DNA of 63,522 nt, the filler included, from Hyphochytrium catenoides (taxonomy: Eukaryota; Protista; Hyphochytriomycota): NCBI GenBank assembly GCA_900088475.1. It is 15 parts of 15 records of this genome, joined end to end, with 100 filler letters (N's around TTAATTAATTAA, not from the genome) between each part and the next. Parts side by side here need not be neighbours in the genome. Positions count along the whole stretch, not along the records: positions 47,956 to 50,269 come from FLMG01003729.1; positions 50,370 to 51,753 come from FLMG01003204.1; positions 51,854 to 52,897 come from FLMG01001250.1; positions 52,998 to 54,226 come from FLMG01001855.1; positions 54,327 to 59,019 come from FLMG01001517.1; positions 59,120 to 63,522 come from FLMG01002694.1; 9 more parts are not named here. One strand, written 5' to 3'. Below, in pieces: positions 47,856-61,220 of this stretch. Position 1 is the first letter of the stretch, and each line of letters opens with the position of its first letter. A program made the position numbers and the translations under genes. The notes under the pieces were generated by a model. That model searched no databases and was not told the DNA's origin. It worked only from the letters and a program-made list of their open reading frames with translations.

Positions 47856-48847
47856 NNNNNNNNNNNNNNNNNNNNNNNNNNNNNNNNNNNNNNNNNNNNT
47901 TAATTAATTAANNNNNNNNNNNNNNNNNNNNNNNNNNNNNNNNNNNNNNNNNNNNCCAGCACTTCAGGGTCGACGGAAGGACTCCCTCCCCCATCCTGAA
48001 AGGGAGCCAAAGGGCCCGACGTGCGAAAGGCGGAACCTCTGGTCCTCGATATTCCCACAGGGACAGGTTTCTGAGCAGTCGAAGACTTTGGCGATGGGCC
48101 GGGCTTCTGCTTCTTCTTTCTAGGCATCTTCTCAGTACGACCGGGCAGATGACTGGGCTCCGCACTTCAGTGTTCGCCTAGCTGTCCATGTGGTGCCTTC
48201 GATCTTAGGAGACTCTGGGCACCGTCCACCTCATGTAGTCCTCTTGTCTATGCCTCCTTCTTCTTCAGCGAGTGAGATCTCCGGGCGTGTCATAGCTCAC
48301 AGCAGGCGAGCTACCTTGCGTTGCTTCTCTTCTTTCAAAAAGGCACTTCCAGCCTCCGTCTGGTTCTGGTTCTGTCTCTCAATAGTTCCTTTGATGTGCT
48401 TCCTGACTGTCTGGCGGCAGTGTCTGAAGAGCCAAAATGACTGGGAAAGAAGAGACAAGAAAGACAGCAGAAGAGCCAGAACGGGCAGATAACCGCTAAC
48501 CGCCATTATACAGGTTACGAAGAACGACATAGGTACAGCACGTACAGGGCAATCGCAGGGCAAATAAACTTCACTAGACGGATTGTCTTCGTCATTATCA
48601 TCATGCAGCGAGGCGTGAAGCTTTGTAAGGGGATAAGCCCAAGAAGGCCAGTCTATCACCTTGATTTGTATAATAAATAGAGCCTAACCTCGTCACCAGA
48701 ACAAGGAATCGGACAGGAGTGGAGGAGGACCAAGGAAGAAATCGAAAAGGAAGAACGGAAGGAGAGACGAAGCAACAAAGAAGCAAGCACTTGATGGGCA
48801 ATCAGAAGGGACAGAAGAGAAAAAGAGGAGAACTGATCCACCGCTCG

Positions 48848-50269
48848 CTACTCCGGAAGCAGAGCTTCGAAATCTGGGGTGATTACAATTTGCTTTGCAA
48901 TTGGTCCAAGGGTACTGAACTGCTGCTCTGTCTTATCAATGCAGACAACCTCCTGTGATAGGGCGGAGGGAATGCCAGAGCTCACATCGAAGGGTGTGGA
49001 ACCCAGCATGAGCGAAACTCTAGGTTGCAAGACACAATGACGAGAGCGAGATGAAAAGAGAAGAAAAGCAGGAAGACAATGAGGGGTGTGGAATATGACG
49101 AGGAGGATGCAGAAGCCACATAATTCCATGTCGGATTCTTTAGATGAAGCCGCAGTGGCCGGGAGTGATGCAAGGAGTAGACCAGACCACCATTACAGAA
49201 GACAGTGGTTCTCAGGGACAGCGTCGGGAAGTAGGACCAAGATGTAGGACGGGAAGTTTATCAAAAGAACAACGTGACGGAAGACAGACGACGTCAAGCG
49301 AGGCACAAAATAGGTTGTTATAATGAGAGAAGAAGACATGGTTCAGACTAGGTCCTACCTGCCCGATCTGTGAATGCGCAGTTTCCCGAGTACTCCAGCT
49401 GGCATCTTCTTCAAAGTGTCATCAAAGTTCTTTCTCCCTGTGGACCCACTGCCTTCTTCTCCCGCTCCTCCCGCTGGCTTGCCTTCCTCAGCCTTAACGT
49501 CTTTGATCTCCGCCTCACCTGCGGTTGTCTGATTGGCCGTGGCCGGAGGAGTGAAGGGAAGGCGGGTCGGTAGCTGAACGAGGAAGATGCTGTCGTCTGG
49601 TAACTGGTTTCCATCCTGCATTGTCGAAGGTTGAGGGGATAAAGCGTTAGATAAGTTCTATACGTAGCCTGTCTTATGCAAAATACAAGCAACTTGGTAT
49701 GGGCCAGTCGCGCACATAGTACCACAGCAAAGAGCTACCAACACAATAAAAGCGACGACTTCGTCTATCTCTTCCCCCTCTTTCAAGACCTACCTCGTCC
49801 TCAAACACCGGAGCTGTCATCTCTGCCATAGCAGCGGCAGTTCCCAAACCTCTGCCGGCCCTCCGAGACAAGGGGAGGACCATAGGCTGAAACTTCGAAG
49901 TAACCGGCGGAGGCCACTAGAGCGTTGGGAAGGTTTATTATCAGGTTACGTCAAGGGGAACAAGCAGGAAAGAGTTGACAAGGGCTGATAAGTGGGCTAC
50001 TTCAGGAGGTTGAGGCTCCATCGCTGCATTAAGGGCAAATCGCAGCGATGGAAAGAAGGAAACATGGAAGAATGAGGCGCAGACTAGGGTGGGGAAGGGA
50101 ATTGATAGAAAGGACGCAGATTGGTCTAAGGGTTAATTGAGATGGTACCTGGTCCTCGATATCCATTGCATCTCTCTGGGCCATTCTCTTCTGAAAGAGC
50201 TCTACATCCTCGTCCTCTTCTCCCCGTAAAACACTAATTCCGTCGGCACCGGTCGCCGGTCGAGCAGGA
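48848..50269 (-). CDS. RPC4: RNA polymerase III subunit RPC4 (POLR3D/C53), 5' truncated, spliced
   Basis: IFLVQLPTRLP, MPAGVLGKLRIHRSGR | VSLMLGSTPFDVSSG...LSQEVVCID...LGPIAKQIVITPDFEALL, the conserved RPC4 C-terminal domain. Confidence 0.9.
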
Positions 50270-50369
50270 NNNNNNNNNNNNNNNNNNNNNNNNNNNNNNN
50301 NNNNNNNNNNNNNTTAATTAATTAANNNNNNNNNNNNNNNNNNNNNNNNNNNNNNNNNNNNNNNNNNNN

Positions 50370-50460
50370 TCCCCCAGCCAAGTCTGCAGCCAACTCTGCA
50401 GCCAGCTCAGCCAATCCCGCAGCCAACTCCTGAAACAACCCCGCAGCCAACTTCTCAGCC
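50370..50460. repeat. Short imperfect ~12-bp tandem repeat (GCAGCCAACTCY-like)
   Basis: CAGCCAAGTCTG, CAGCCAACTCTG, CAGCCAGCT, CAGCCAATCCCG, CAGCCAACTCC and CAGCCAACTTCT at the contig start. Confidence 0.7.
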
Positions 50461-51853
50461 CGCCTTACAGCAGGCTCCCCCTCCACCCGATGCGGATCAA
50501 ACGTGGAGGATGGTACCTGACACTGCTCACTGAAGAATCTTTTATTTCGCCGCCTCCCACGCCGTCGCCAGCCCAAGCTCCACAAGTAGATCCTGGACAA
50601 TCCCCCTTGGCGTCACTGCTGCCCTCTCAGGGCAATGACTCCGGACTCTCAGTGTGGGGCCAGTTCAGCCAGCCCGTCAGTGCCCAGCAAACACTCTTCC
50701 GGTCCTATGGTGGCCATAGAATTTGGACGTGCATTTCCTTCAACAGCCAGAATAAGCAGTTCCTTGAGAGCGCTGCCATTGTGAATCTATTCCTCGCATC
50801 CAAGAGCGGCTTCGCGGCCTTCATGCTCGTGCGCTTTACTTCAAGTACGCCTGCTTTTGATGAACATTTATTCAGCGTTGGCACCAGCGTCCCTGATAGG
50901 ACCTGGAATTGGAGTCTCGCCCTCCGACGGTATGGGAACTTTAGCCACCTCGCCTCTGACTCTGATAACCAAAACTCACGATCTCTCTGTCTCATCAGTG
51001 GACCTGGTGCTATTCGTTCCCAATCAATGGACAGTCTTTACTCTCAGATATTCAAATGTAACATCCGGGGCCGAGATTAGAGGGATGGTCTCAGTCTGGG
51101 ATATTCCAGCCGTCGCACAGCGTTCACTGACTTGTCTAACGGTTTCTTTCAATCTCTGTGCCAGTCAGCCGGTAGATACTTCTCTAAGCTCTTCAACAGA
51201 GGCGAGGCAACTGTCTCCATCCTACCGCCGTTCTACTCTTCTTCTGCCGTCCAACTATCCGCTTCCGCCTTGGCGCAATCTAATCAGGTGAACCGTAGTG
51301 CCGTTGTCTCTTGGGAAAGACTAAGCAGCATTTCCAGTGCATCAGCTCCTGTCTTCTATAGCAATGGCCGGTATCTCAACGGCCGTTTATGTCTCGTTCG
51401 ATCGCTCTATCTCTCATTCTCTACTCAGTAGCTCACGCATCTTTTCTATCGGCGCCTTGGGGTTCAGCGTCGTAGCCTTGCTCCGACTCTCAGCGACGCC
51501 TGGCGCCACTGAGCGTATATTCAGCTGAGTGCCGCTGAGAAGATTACTATTGAACATTTATCGCTGACTAGCTATTCTGTCTCCGATGCCCTTGAGTTCA
51601 CGACCCATGAAGGTGCTCGAGTTACCACCTTGCCTGGCATCGTCATCCAGAATGAATGGGCTGTTTTCGCTATTCGCTGCTTTGGAGGACCCAGTGAAGC
51701 CCTAGAGATAGTCTAGATAGAATGGCGTAAGTGTTGGCCTCTCTTCCTCTTTANNNNNNNNNNNNNNNNNNNNNNNNNNNNNNNNNNNNNNNNNNNNTTA
51801 ATTAATTAANNNNNNNNNNNNNNNNNNNNNNNNNNNNNNNNNNNNNNNNNNNN

Positions 51854-52897
51854 CACGAAGATGAGACTCACTTCCTCATGAACGGTCCCTTTTTCTGTCT
51901 CCTTCAGACTTGCCCAGTCTACTGACTTCAAGTGCATATCAGTTGCCCGTTTCTTCAAATCTTCCACAAGGGCAATCAAAGGAATGATGACAACCGTTAC
52001 CAGCAAATGTTTCTCCTCTACTTTAGCCGGGATGAAGTACACCATTGTCTTCCCTCCACCAGCTGGGAGGACGCATAGCAAGTCTGACTTCCTTCTCAAT
52101 GCAGCGATGATGCTTTGACACTGCTGCTCACTATTAAAGGAAGCATCGCTTTTTCCAGTGAGCTTGCGCAATTCAGAAAGAGCAATCACACTCAAACGAT
52201 CCGCCTCTGGAGACATTAACATTTCTTCATCACCAATGTGGACTTGCGAAGTCGATGGAAGAGCTGGATCCACGTAGTTGTTGTTCGTCGCTGTCATGAT
52301 ATCTCTTACAGTATTCTTCAGTTCGGCCATACCCTTGAGGAGAGCGACAAGGAACTCGGAGAGATCTGCTTCCGGCCACAAGGACGGAGAATATCCATTT
52401 CCGCTTGACCCAACATCGTGCCGTCGCTCCAAACGAGGCACCGATAGCTTCTGGAAACCTAAGAAGGCCCACCAAAGAGCGGAGCATAGATGATACTCAG
52501 CCAAGTCCTCTGTCGAAAGCGTCCTCATGTCCCTTGCGCTCTTCCCATATCTGGCGGTTTCCGTCGCCTTAGAGTGCCCAGCCTGCTCAGAAAAAGGAAG
52601 CCTCTTAACTTTTGGAACTCTTGGATAAATATGCGCCTTGAGGATAGCCGCGGTGAGATGGCGGTAGTCGCTGAGCCCAAGGGCGGTCTTGGAAGAATCC
52701 TCAAACTCCCGCTTAAAGGCTGCAGCTACGCTTTCCGGAGTTGCTAATCCTGGGCCGTCCAGCAGCAAATAGGTGTTATAGAGCTTGCAGACGTTGCCAT
52801 CGTTATCGGCCCACAGAACCTCAGCAAACACAATTTCCGCGGATCTTACTAGAGCCAGATATGTGACTACCATCTGCGCTAAGCTTGGAGGAACAAA
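51854..52897 (-). CDS. Telomere-linked-helicase-type protein fragment: tyrosine-recombinase-like tail fused to a RecQ-family SF2 helicase
   Basis: One frame is open across the whole contig, with no introns. LSDYRHLTAAI, EQAGHSKATETARYG and SALWWAFLG are followed by FNSEQQ (Q motif), VLPAGGGKT (Walker A) and VTVVIIPLIALVEDL (motif Ia). Confidence 0.85.
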
Positions 52898-53062
52898 NNN
52901 NNNNNNNNNNNNNNNNNNNNNNNNNNNNNNNNNNNNNNNNNTTAATTAATTAANNNNNNNNNNNNNNNNNNNNNNNNNNNNNNNNNNNNNNNNNNNNTCT
53001 TTCTCTCTCTCTCTCTCGCTCGCTAGCTCGCTAGATCGCTCGCTCGTCTCTCTCTCTCTCTT

Positions 53063-53095
<33 letters not shown>

Positions 53096-53494
53096 GTCTC
53101 GATCTCTTTTCATCTTCCTCTCCCTCTGCCTTCGCTTGACTCTTAGTCCTTGGCTCTTTGAATCCCTTTCCGCCTGCCTCTGATGCCCTTGAGGTTACCT
53201 TTCGAGGCCAGAAAGGAGTTGAAGTTCCATGATTTCCGTCCCCAACCTTCAGTCATCAATGCAATTGGTTCTAGATCAATTATCTGATTACCGATGGAGT
53301 ATGCCAGGATTGGTTATTGAGAAGATTATCAACTAGACATATTCGTCTCCTTACTAATCCTGAATATAAACGCTTAAATTAGGCTATTGCTGATCAAGAA
53401 GCTATACAGATTAGGAATCATAGTGAACGAAGCGGCGTGAGAAAAAAGTCTCGATCGCCCCATCATCCCATGACAGATGCCAAGGACCGGCCGT

Positions 53495-53533
<39 letters not shown>

Positions 53534-54568
53534 CAGCACGTGAGAAAGAGCGCGCTGGACGGAGGGGAGAGAGAGAGAGACGAGATGGAGAGAGAGAGAG
53601 AGACACAGAGAGAGAGAGAGACAGAAACAGAAGGGAAGAAATGGCGAGAGAAAGAGAAGGAAGAGAGGAAGAAGAAGAGGGAAGAAGCGACGGCGCCATG
53701 AGGATGCAGATAGGAGAGCGCGGGAGAGAAGGAGAGAAAGACAGAGACGAGGGCACCTAGAAAGCGTTGATGGAGGAAGCTCCTTATAAAGAAGCTATGG
53801 AAAAAAGTTGATTCATCATCAACCTTCCGCCTCATCAGGACTGAGGGAAGCCGGTAGCAGACGCTGATCACTTAGATAGAGGAGTATTGGCTGTTACTCT
53901 AGTTTGACAGCAGACGCTCGCGTAGCAGCGGGTTGAAGGCCTGGATGGAGGTCAAGTTATTCCTGGCGATAGCTACTCCTCGTCAGGCTGGGAGGAAGGG
54001 ATAGCTGTGACAGGAGCGGAAGAAGGGGTAATCTTTGTCTTCCTCTTCGTCGCCCTGGATGGAGCCGTACAGAGGACGGCAGGCTACGGCCAACAGAAGG
54101 GCCAGGTGAGGCGAACAAGAGGGCCTCTCAGATAGCTAATGGTTCCTTTCTGGCTCTCAATACTGTCTCTCTAATCTAGCTAATCTTTCTTCCCTCCGTA
54201 TGATCCTTCCCGTTCTCTCCCTCTTANNNNNNNNNNNNNNNNNNNNNNNNNNNNNNNNNNNNNNNNNNNNTTAATTAATTAANNNNNNNNNNNNNNNNNN
54301 NNNNNNNNNNNNNNNNNNNNNNNNNNCTTTCTTCTCTCTTCTTCTCTCCCTTTTTGGCTTTCTTTTCCTTTTTCTAACTCTTCGGGAGTAAGTTCAATGG
54401 CTACGTCAACGGGAGGAGAGAAAGAAGATTGTGCCCATGTCCTACTTCTCTCCGCAAGCTTTCTGATGGGGAGAGACGATGTAAGTGAAGAGTAGGCGAT
54501 CAGCTGAGTTGCTGCTCACGGAAAGTGAATGAGAGTAGAAGTGTGAGAGAATGAGAAGAAAGAGAAAG

Positions 54569-54609
<41 letters not shown>

Positions 54610-54610
<1 letters not shown>

Positions 54611-54700
54611 AGGATGAGAGAGAAGGAGGATGAGAGAGAGAAGGAGGATAAGAGAGAGAAGGAGGATGAGAGAGAGAAGGAGGATAAGAGAGAGAAGGAG
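54610..54700. repeat. 18-bp tandem repeat (GAGAGAGAAGGAGGATRA-like), about 5 copies
   Basis: Direct reading of the repeated AGAGAAGGAGGATGAG/AGAGAAGGAGGATAAG units. Confidence 0.75.
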
Positions 54701-55529
54701 AGCGAGGGGCGGACTGAGAGAGAGCGAGGAGAGAGATATGGAGAGAGAGAGAAAAAAAGAGAAAGGGTAAAAGAGAGAGATACAGACACACAGAGACAGA
54801 GAGATCAGGAAGAGAGCTGTTCCCTTAAGGAGAGACAAGGTCCCACCTGCTCCTAGGAGAAATTTGAGGTTTGAATGTACAGTCATTGTTTGCTTGCGCA
54901 GAAGAAGAGGAAGAGTCGGATGGAGAAGAGAGGGATGGAGAAAGAGAAAGTTGTTCTTTGGTTCTCTCTGAAGCGTGTTTCATCTGTTTCCTGCTGAGGT
55001 AGACGGCCCGGAACTCTGAGGTCAGCGTGAGAAGCTTCGCTAGCTCGGGGCCTAGTCAGAGAAAAGATTTTGTGTGTTTATGAGAGTGAGAGAGAGTGAG
55101 TGAGAGAGAGAGACAGAGAGAGATTAGCTCAAAACAGGGCACGTTCCCTCTGTCAGGGAGTAGTACCTACGATGGAGAGGGAAAAAGAGATATGGACAAA
55201 TGCAAGGAAGAGAAAGAGTGAGAGATAGAGAGAGAGAGAGATGGAGAGAGAGGGAGAGAGAGAGAGAGAAAGAGAGAGAGAGAAGGAGTGAGCTCCGTGA
55301 ACACATCGAAGACTTGTGACGGCAAGAAGAAAGAAGAGCCAAAGTTCCTGGTCAAGGAGAAATGGCGCTTGAGTGGTGGAGAGAAAGGAGAGACGAGACG
55401 CTTGTGGCAGTAACTGTGTGCCATATTCCACTGTGGACAATAGAACCAAACGAGAAAGAGAGAGAGGCGAGAGATGAAAGAAAGAGAGAAGAAAGAGAGA
55501 AAAACGGCGGTGGAGACGAGAGAAAAGAG

Positions 55530-56891
55530 GAGGACTGACCTTTATTGTCTCCCATGACAGAGTGCGCTTTCAGGGCAGCCATCGTCTCAGAGTCAAGCCC
55601 AAAGACGATCGCTGAAACCAGAGAGACTGCAGAGTCAAGAGAGACACTCTCTCCTCTCTCTTTTCTCCCTGGTAATGCCTCTGGTTTCTCTCCTTTCTTT
55701 CCAAGTAGTCCCCAAAGAGTGGCCATCTTCCCTCTTTCCTCTGTTTGAATACTCTGCCTTAGAAGAGCCTTGGAAGGGGAAGACGCTGAGGGAGAAGATG
55801 AAGTCTCTCCCTCGTCTGTGGGGAGGGCAGAGTTGGAAAGAGAAGAGAAAGAAAAGGGAGCGTCAATGAGATAGCACATTGGACAACCAGAAGACAGAAG
55901 AGTCTAAGTTCACAAGGGAGAGAGAGAGAGAAAGAGGAAAAGACGTAAGACAGACGCAGGGGGAAAGACAAAGGTGCATGGAGCGGAGACCAGGAGAGAG
56001 GATACTACGGAAAAGTGAAAATATGGGCAGCATCGCGAATACAAAGGGGATAAGAGGGAGGAGAACGAGCCAGAAAAGAGAGAGAGAAAGAAGGAGCGGG
56101 AAAAAGAGGAAGAGAACCAGAGAAGGAGAGAGAGCTTCACACACACAAAGCGAGAGAAAGAGAGAAGCTGAGAGGGAGAGAGAGGCACGACAACAAAGCG
56201 AGAGAAAGAGGAGAAAAAGGAGAAGCTAAGAGAGAGAGAGAGAGAGAGAGAGGGTCGAGCAATCTCTAGTATCTGGTGCTCTACCACTTACTTATTTTCT
56301 GATCCCACGCTCCTCTTGTCAGGATATCCAGCGTCATGAAGATTTTCACCAGGCCTTCCAAAGTCATTCTTCCTCTCTCTTCTCCCTCTCTCCCTTCCCC
56401 GACAGTGTGCCTTTGACAGAAGGCAGCAATTCTCTTTCTCTCTCCTTCTCTCACGTACTTCTCAGAAAGATCAAGGACTCTAGGACTTCCCCGTGTTCTT
56501 TCTTCTTCTCTCTTCTCTCTCTCTCTCTCTTGCGCCTTTGTTGGGGCTCCTTGATGAAGAAAGAGAGAGTACTGAAGAGGATCTCCTGCCACTCTCTTTC
56601 TTATCCTCTTGGCCATGGCCGCACTCCGAGGGTTTATCGTCGGCTTAAACGATGGAGGAGACTCGTCTTCCATCGCGCGTCTTCTCTCTCTTCTCTCGGT
56701 CTCACTCTCTGAGGCCTCTTTCTGGAGTCTCTCTCTCTCTGGTTCTGGAGTTCCCTTCTCTTTCAGAGAGAGAGAGAGCGAGGAAGAGGAAGAAGTAGAG
56801 GAAGAGCTTCTTTTTAAATGGGCAGAGCTTTGCTTGGGCTCACTGAGCCTCCTCAGCGCACTCTCACGACTCTCACAGTAGGCTGAAAAGC

Positions 56892-56937
<46 letters not shown>

Positions 56938-57058
56938 ACACTGAGCTCCGGCAGAAGAGAGAGAGAGAGAGAGTGATGATTGAATGCGAGGAGCGGGACG
57001 AAGAGGCGACAGTGAAAGAGAGAGAGGAAAGAGAGAGGCAAACAGAGAGGCAGGGATA

Positions 57059-57095
<37 letters not shown>

Positions 57096-57615
57096 GAGAA
57101 TGACAACTAGTGGAAGAGGAAGAGAGAAAGACGGAGAGATGCAAATTCGACAGAGAAAAGCGACAGCAATTTCCCAGCTTGATACAGAGTAATAAACGAG
57201 GGAGACCAAGAGAGAGACACATGACAGAGAGAGACAGACACAGCAAGAGAGAGAGAGGGGGAGAGAAAGAGAAGGTTGGGCGCGCACGGGGAGCGAAAGA
57301 GATGAAGACATCAGAGAGAGAGAGACAGACATAAGAGAGAGAGATTTTTGTATCGAACCTCTCCTCTTCTGCAGAATGGCCTCAGACTGCTTGGAGGTGC
57401 ATTTGTAGGGAGACTCGTTCTTAGATCTCTTTCCGTCTTCCTCTCTCGCTGTCTTTCTCTTCATCACACTCTTTAAATAACGCTCCCAGAAAGAGCCTTC
57501 AGGGACAATGCTAAGGGAAGAGACAGAAAAAAAGAAAGTTTAACCTTGAACATAGGATATTAAACGCGGAATGGAGACCAGAGCGAGCGAGCGAGGAAGA
57601 GAGACAAAGAGACAC

Positions 57616-57665
<50 letters not shown>

Positions 57666-58211
57666 GACACTAGAGAGAGAGAGAGAGAGAGAATAGAAGG
57701 CCCTGTCCATACTTATTATTGATGGCTGGCTTCTGGTTCCTGGACTGCTGGAGTTTTTGGAAGATGTAAGAGAAATAACTGCGATCCATGGCCTTTGCCT
57801 GGGAGACCGGGCTACTCCGGAGGGGAGGGGACGGAGGNNNNNNNNNNNNNNNNNNNNNNNNNNNNNNNNNNNNNNNNNNNNNNNNNNNNNNNNNNNNNNN
57901 NNNNNNNNNNNNNNNNNNNNNNNNNNNNNNNNNNNNNNNNNNNNNNNNGAGAATTTGAGGGACCATAAAGAGGAACAGAGACAGACAGACAGCGGGAGCG
58001 GAGAGAGAGGACAGATGGACAGGAAGATGTAAGGCAATAAAGAGGCAAGTTGAGAACAGAAAAACATAGGAGCCGAGAGAATGGGGCGGGAGCGTATTTT
58101 AAAGAGAGAAAGGCAGAAACTCTGGAAAGAGGAGCGACGGGTCATGAAGAGGGAAAGAGAGAAGAAGGAGTAGATAATTATGATAACACTCGCTAGAGAG
58201 AGCAGAGCGAG

Positions 58212-58250
<39 letters not shown>

Positions 58251-58855
58251 AGATCACTCACTGCGGCGCATCCTTGTTCTTCTTCTCCTTTTGGTTCATC
58301 TCTTCTCTTTCCTTCTCTTGGCGGGGAGAACGAGGAACGGCTCCGTTTACAGAGTGGACAATATCCGAGATCCACTGCTTCCTCTCAGGGAAGTCCTAGA
58401 AGCGAACGGAGAGAGGAATGGACAAAAAAAGGGGGAAGATCGTGTGAGGGAGAAAAGAGACAAGAGAGAGAGAGAGACGGCGGGAAGAGAGAGAGAGAGA
58501 GAGAGAGAGAAGGTGGATAAGAGGGACAAATTATTTAGATGAAGACGCTACTTGGAGTCCATAAAAAACATTAAGGAGAACAAGAGAAGAGAGAGAGAGG
58601 AAAAGAATAAGTGTGTAGGAGAGAGAAAGAGAGAGAGAAAGAAAGATAAGAGAGAGGAGGAAGCTGGTAGAGCTACGGATAGATAAGGCGGAGAATGGGA
58701 AGAGCTGGACGCTTACCTGGTAATCTTTGGAGATGACTCTAGCAAGATCCGCCCATTTAGCGCTGAGCTCAGGGAAAAAGAGCGAGGGCTGTCTTTCTCT
58801 TCCCTCTTTCTCTTCTCGACCAGCGTCTAAGAGTGTAAAGAACAACTCGCACCTG
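55530..58855 (-). CDS. Multi-exon hypothetical protein, partial
   Basis: Non-repetitive exon-like blocks, several bounded by AG/GT, between microsatellite introns: ~58855-58717, ~58396-58260, ~57510-57350, ~56880-56290 (includes FKPTINPRSAAMAKR) and ~55790-55530. No family recognised. Confidence 0.45.
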
Positions 58856-59433
58856 AAAGAAGTCAAACGGTAAAGAGGGACATTAGATCCTGTCGTGTTG
58901 AGAGTTCTCTGTCCACCTGCCCTCTCTCTCTTGTCGTCAATTCTCCATGTCTCTCTCTCTCTCTCTCACACTCTCTCTCGTTGTCTCTCTCTCTCTCAAC
59001 ACCTCTCTCCCTCCCCCCCNNNNNNNNNNNNNNNNNNNNNNNNNNNNNNNNNNNNNNNNNNNNTTAATTAATTAANNNNNNNNNNNNNNNNNNNNNNNNN
59101 NNNNNNNNNNNNNNNNNNNCTCTCTCTCTCTCTCTTACGTTCTCTCTCTCTCTCGTACTCTTAGTTTCCTAAGCATTTCTGTGAGAAAGCTACTGCAAAT
59201 CCCTCTTCTCTGCTTATACCTAACTTTTAGGAGAGAGGAGACAGAGAGAGAACCAATACTGGGGAGAAAGAGAGAGAGATTCGACTAGAGAGAGAGAGAG
59301 AGAGAGAGAACATAAGAATAAGGGAAGGAAAACACTTCTTTAGAATCGCTTCCTATAATCGCTGCATTTCCTTCCCGTTCACACGTTATCTTGCCTCTTC
59401 TTCCTACTCTTCTCTCTCTTCTTCCGATAGCAG

Positions 59434-59485
<52 letters not shown>

Positions 59486-59538
59486 CGCTCGCTCTCTCTC
59501 TCTCTCTCTGTCTCGCTCTTTCTCTTGTGTCCTGCTGG

Positions 59539-60196
59539 TCACTTCGTTTTCTTGTCTGCCTGCAGCAGGGCCTTGGCTGGGATGAGCGGAGTGAGAGAAT
59601 AGAGAGTGCGATGATTTCCGGCCTGATGGCTCTTCCGGAACTGATCGTCCGTGCTAGACAGAGCGGCGCGACAAGTGGGAGTGGGCGATGGGTAGGATGA
59701 AGAGAGAGAAAGTGTGAGAAGAGAGAGAAAGTGAGTGGAAGAGAGAGACAGACAGAACGACAGGAGGGAAGTAAGGAGAGAGAGAGAGAGAGGAAGAGAG
59801 AGAACTTACTTGTGCAGGTAGTCGAGTACTCCCAAGACGCCGTAGCATTGGTTGAACTTCAGATGGTGGTAGTCGTGTGCCTCAGGAGAGGGGAGAAGAG
59901 GGAAATGATAGCCTGGAAAGAGAAGAGGAAGAGAGAAACCAAAAGAGAGAGGAAAGACGACGTCGGAATGATGTATCGCCTCTTTCTCTTTCATTCACGT
60001 CCTTCAGTCAATTTCTATTCTTATACCAGTTTTTTCTTTTCTCTTGCGGCTCCTCAAGTTACTTCCTCTTTCTCTAACCTTTCTCATTCCTTTCCCCTTT
60101 CTTTGTCCTTCACTTCTTCTTCCTTTTCACCTTCTCCTCTTTCCCTTTCTCCCCCTCTCCCCCCTCTCTCTCTCTTTCACTCCCTCTCTCCGCGCG

Positions 60197-60249
<53 letters not shown>

Positions 60250-61143
60250 TCTCTCACACACTACTTTCTCTCTCTCTCCCTCCCTCACCGCGCTCTCTCT
60301 CTCTTTCACTCCATCTCTCCCTCTCTTTGTCTCTCTCTCTCTCTCTCTCTTGATCACCTGAGTGAGAGTTGAGAGTGGTGGCGAGGGCGACGGTGTACCA
60401 GAGCCAAGCCGTAGAGAGATGAGAGCCCATCAGGATCGGCCCCGCAGCCACGGGAAGAAGATTGGACACGAGATGCTCCACTAAAGGACAACACAACAGG
60501 AAAGCACCAAGTCAGTGTCGGTAGAGATATGGCGGAAGCGAGAAAGCCGCAAGTTGTGACGCGAGAAAGAGAGAGAGAGAGAGTTATAGTGAGCAAATGA
60601 AACAGAACGGGACGAGAGATAGCGAAACGAAGAGGAGAAAAAAGGAAGTCCACCCAAGAAGAGAAAAACTTCAATACTAATGGAAGAGAGAAGAGGAAGA
60701 AGGGAAAAGGAAGAGAGAGAGAGAGGGAGAGACAGAGAAAGAGAGAGATGTCCCCTACCAGGATGGGCATAGATGCAGGTGATGGCCACAGGAGCCGTCC
60801 ATTCGTGATGAATCTTATGGATTCGCTTGTACAAGGGCTTGGAATGCACTAACCGGTGAGTGTAATAGAAGCCAACCTCCTCCACCAACACGTAGGCCAC
60901 CTGGAGAGAGAGAGAGAAGCGAGAGAGAGGGAGAGAGAGAGAGAGAGAGAAGGGGAAGGGGTGGAGAGAAAGGGATAGATGCAAAGAAGAGGCCGCGATA
61001 TATATGTGAGAGAGACGGAGAAGAGACACTCACACAGATATGGAAGGAGGAGGAGAGAGAGAAAATGGCGGGAGACAAGCGGTGATAAAGAGAAGAAAAA
61101 AAGGAGGCAATAGAAGAGGGATGCAAGACAGACAAACAGACAT

Positions 61144-61220
<77 letters not shown>

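Noticed and set aside
50490-51431. Stop-codon reassignment (TAG read-through genetic code)
   Set aside because: Conserved genes here end in TAG (bestrophin, MDP1, RPC4) and have no internal stops; pseudogenisation is simpler.
2569-59119. Regularly recurring palindrome TTAATTAATTAA and ORFs ending in XXX-LIN
   Set aside because: Artificial contig spacer. It also means neighbouring contigs (e.g. telomere and YR-RecQ, or YR-RecQ and the 50.5-kb ORF) cannot be treated as a linked cluster.
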